From: Lingula anatina
Taxonomy: Eukaryota; Animalia; Brachiopoda
Length of the DNA stretch: 64,000 nt
NCBI GenBank assembly: GCA_051362555.1
Contig: CM120648.1
Coordinates: 3,654,587 to 3,718,586 of the forward strand
Reading direction: 5' to 3'
The notes beneath the pieces were generated by a model. That model did not search any database. It was not told where the DNA came from and worked only from the letters and a program-made list of their open reading frames with translations. Both the position numbers and the translations under genes were made by a program. Each line of letters starts with the position of its first letter. Position 1 is the stretch's first letter. Below, in pieces: positions 62,701 to 64,000 of the stretch.

Positions 62701-64000
62701 TTCTCTGTGGAAATGTAAAGATAAATAAATAAAGAAGCAAACAAACAAATAAATACAGGATGGAGAAGAGGGAAAAAGTAGAGGTAGTAGACCTAATACT
62801 TAAGCTACAAGTATTTTATTTCAGGTATTTGATGGCAGGCCGGAAAAGGGGTTGCACACTGCCTCGGGTGTTGGCGCCACCTATGCTCTGATGGGCCGTT
62901 TCTGCGGATACGCAACACCATCTATGCTGACAACCACGCAGAATTCCAGCATGATTGTGTTTCAGACGAATGAGAATTCTGCGTGCTGTTATTCTGGTTT
63001 CAGCCTTAGTTATGCAGTGGTGGCTGCCTCTGCTGTGACTCTGGCGCCTGGTATGTAGATTGAATAATAATGAAATATTTTGAAAAAAGTCTTCAGTTAT
63101 TATAAAAGAGTTAAATAATGCTAAATGAAATAAATTGTCACAAGAGCCAGATGAAATTAGTTAAGTTATCCATGAACATGGATTTGAATTTGGGTTGATT
63201 TAAGCTTGTTAAAATTGCACTAGCTTCTGTACAAACTACTGAGAATTAGCCTCTGTTATAAATGATTTTTTAAATCTTTGGATGTATCTTCTGGTAAATC
63301 TTGCATATTCTATCAAAATTTACTTAATTGCATAACTGCAAGATGAAATCTTTCTGCTTAAAATGATTATGTCTTTTATCGATTTCATTCATTTTTTTTT
63401 TAATTAAAATTTTCAAATAAAGAAATAGTTTGCAATATTACCATTATAATTCCAGGTTCCACTAGTGTGTCTAATGTAGGATGGGGTCGACTGACGTCCC
63501 CCAATTACCCACTAACCTACCCTCACAACAGAGACACTACCTGGGTGCTGAACGCCTACCCATCCTCCTACATCCGCTTCAAGTTTGCAGATCTCAACTT
63601 AGAGACAAGCTATGATTATGTGAAAGTAAGTTTGTTAATACTGCTATAGACGAGAAGCAAATCTGGAAATGGTCTTTTTATAATAAGATTAAATAGTGAC
63701 CCCCCCCCAATCATTATGGACACTTCCACAACAGGCAGGGGTATGAGTATATGGTACATTGAAACGGTAGCTATGGTAGATCTACTGCCCCCTCTGTCCA
63801 AAACAAAGTAAAGATTTAGTCCACTGTGTTTAAATAATGGGAGAGGATATGTGTGTGTGTGTGTGTGAGGGAGAGAGAGAATGAGAGTGAGATTCAGGGC
63901 AAGAATAATTTGTTGACTATTTCAATATTAAAACATTTAAAATCTGATCCCTTCTATTCCAGGTTGATGGAGTCAGATATGACCAGCCCAGTGATGCCCC
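53762..64000 (+). CDS. Secreted/membrane MAM-MAM-CUB-CUB-CUB... protein, 3' incomplete
   Basis: Signal peptide exon 53762-53831 ([23 protein letters not shown]). MAM1 57151-57326, 57568-57795, 58089-58194 (CSFE...CGF...W....TPS..TGP, YMYIETS, GDFAID). MAM2 58855-59036, 59502-59753, 60243-60339. CUB exons 60740-60915, 61681-61837, 62178-62368, 62825-63050, 63456-63625, 63963-64000 (G.LTSPNFP..Y, YDYV, F.SD.S....GF). Confidence 0.88.
61195..61605. mobile_element. Helentron-associated (HINE) element, reverse orientation relative to 32180-32404
   Basis: Hairpin TACCTCCTCCAAGGAGGTA, GTTT/GTCT microsatellite, distal CCTGGCAGAGGT...TTCTGAGTACTCTTGTT. Confidence 0.65.

Noticed and set aside
1-64000. 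tRNA, rRNA or other structured ncRNA genes
   Set aside because: None recognisable by eye. A tRNAscan-SE/Infernal run would be needed to exclude them.

Overview
AT-rich, intron-containing animal genomic DNA. It is probably a marine invertebrate, but the taxon cannot be fixed from the sequence alone. Host genes, with exons assembled by hand from GT-AG sites and phase checks: (1) 9-16216 (+), a 22-exon, 5'-incomplete secreted mosaic protein with FAMeT-like, VWA, 2x H-type lectin, VWD(GDPH), Thr-rich, C8, TIL and EGF domains, resembling sea-star Sfp1-type adhesive/mucus proteins; (2) 29288-41041 (+), a chimeric paralog of gene 1 with a new signal peptide and C8 front end and an in-frame loss of about 6.7 kb; (3) an intronless NHL beta-propeller gene; (4) a 9-exon coiled-coil, possibly F-BAR-like gene on the minus strand, head-to-head with (5) a MAM-MAM-CUB gene that runs off the window. 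Between the two paralogs (about 18825-28500) is a gene-dense, intronless Maverick/Polinton (adintovirus-type) endogenous virus. Its penton, core-like, major capsid and adenain protease genes are intact. Its integrase, packaging ATPase and two other genes are disrupted, and no protein-primed DNA polymerase or terminal inverted repeats are visible. It carries two unusual accessory genes: a BIR-domain (IAP-like) protein and a phage-type SLOG/DprA-like protein. Many non-autonomous DNA transposons are present (hAT-like, Kolobok-like, Ginger-like foldback, Helentron-associated elements, palindromic MITEs), several confirmed by empty sites in the paralog.
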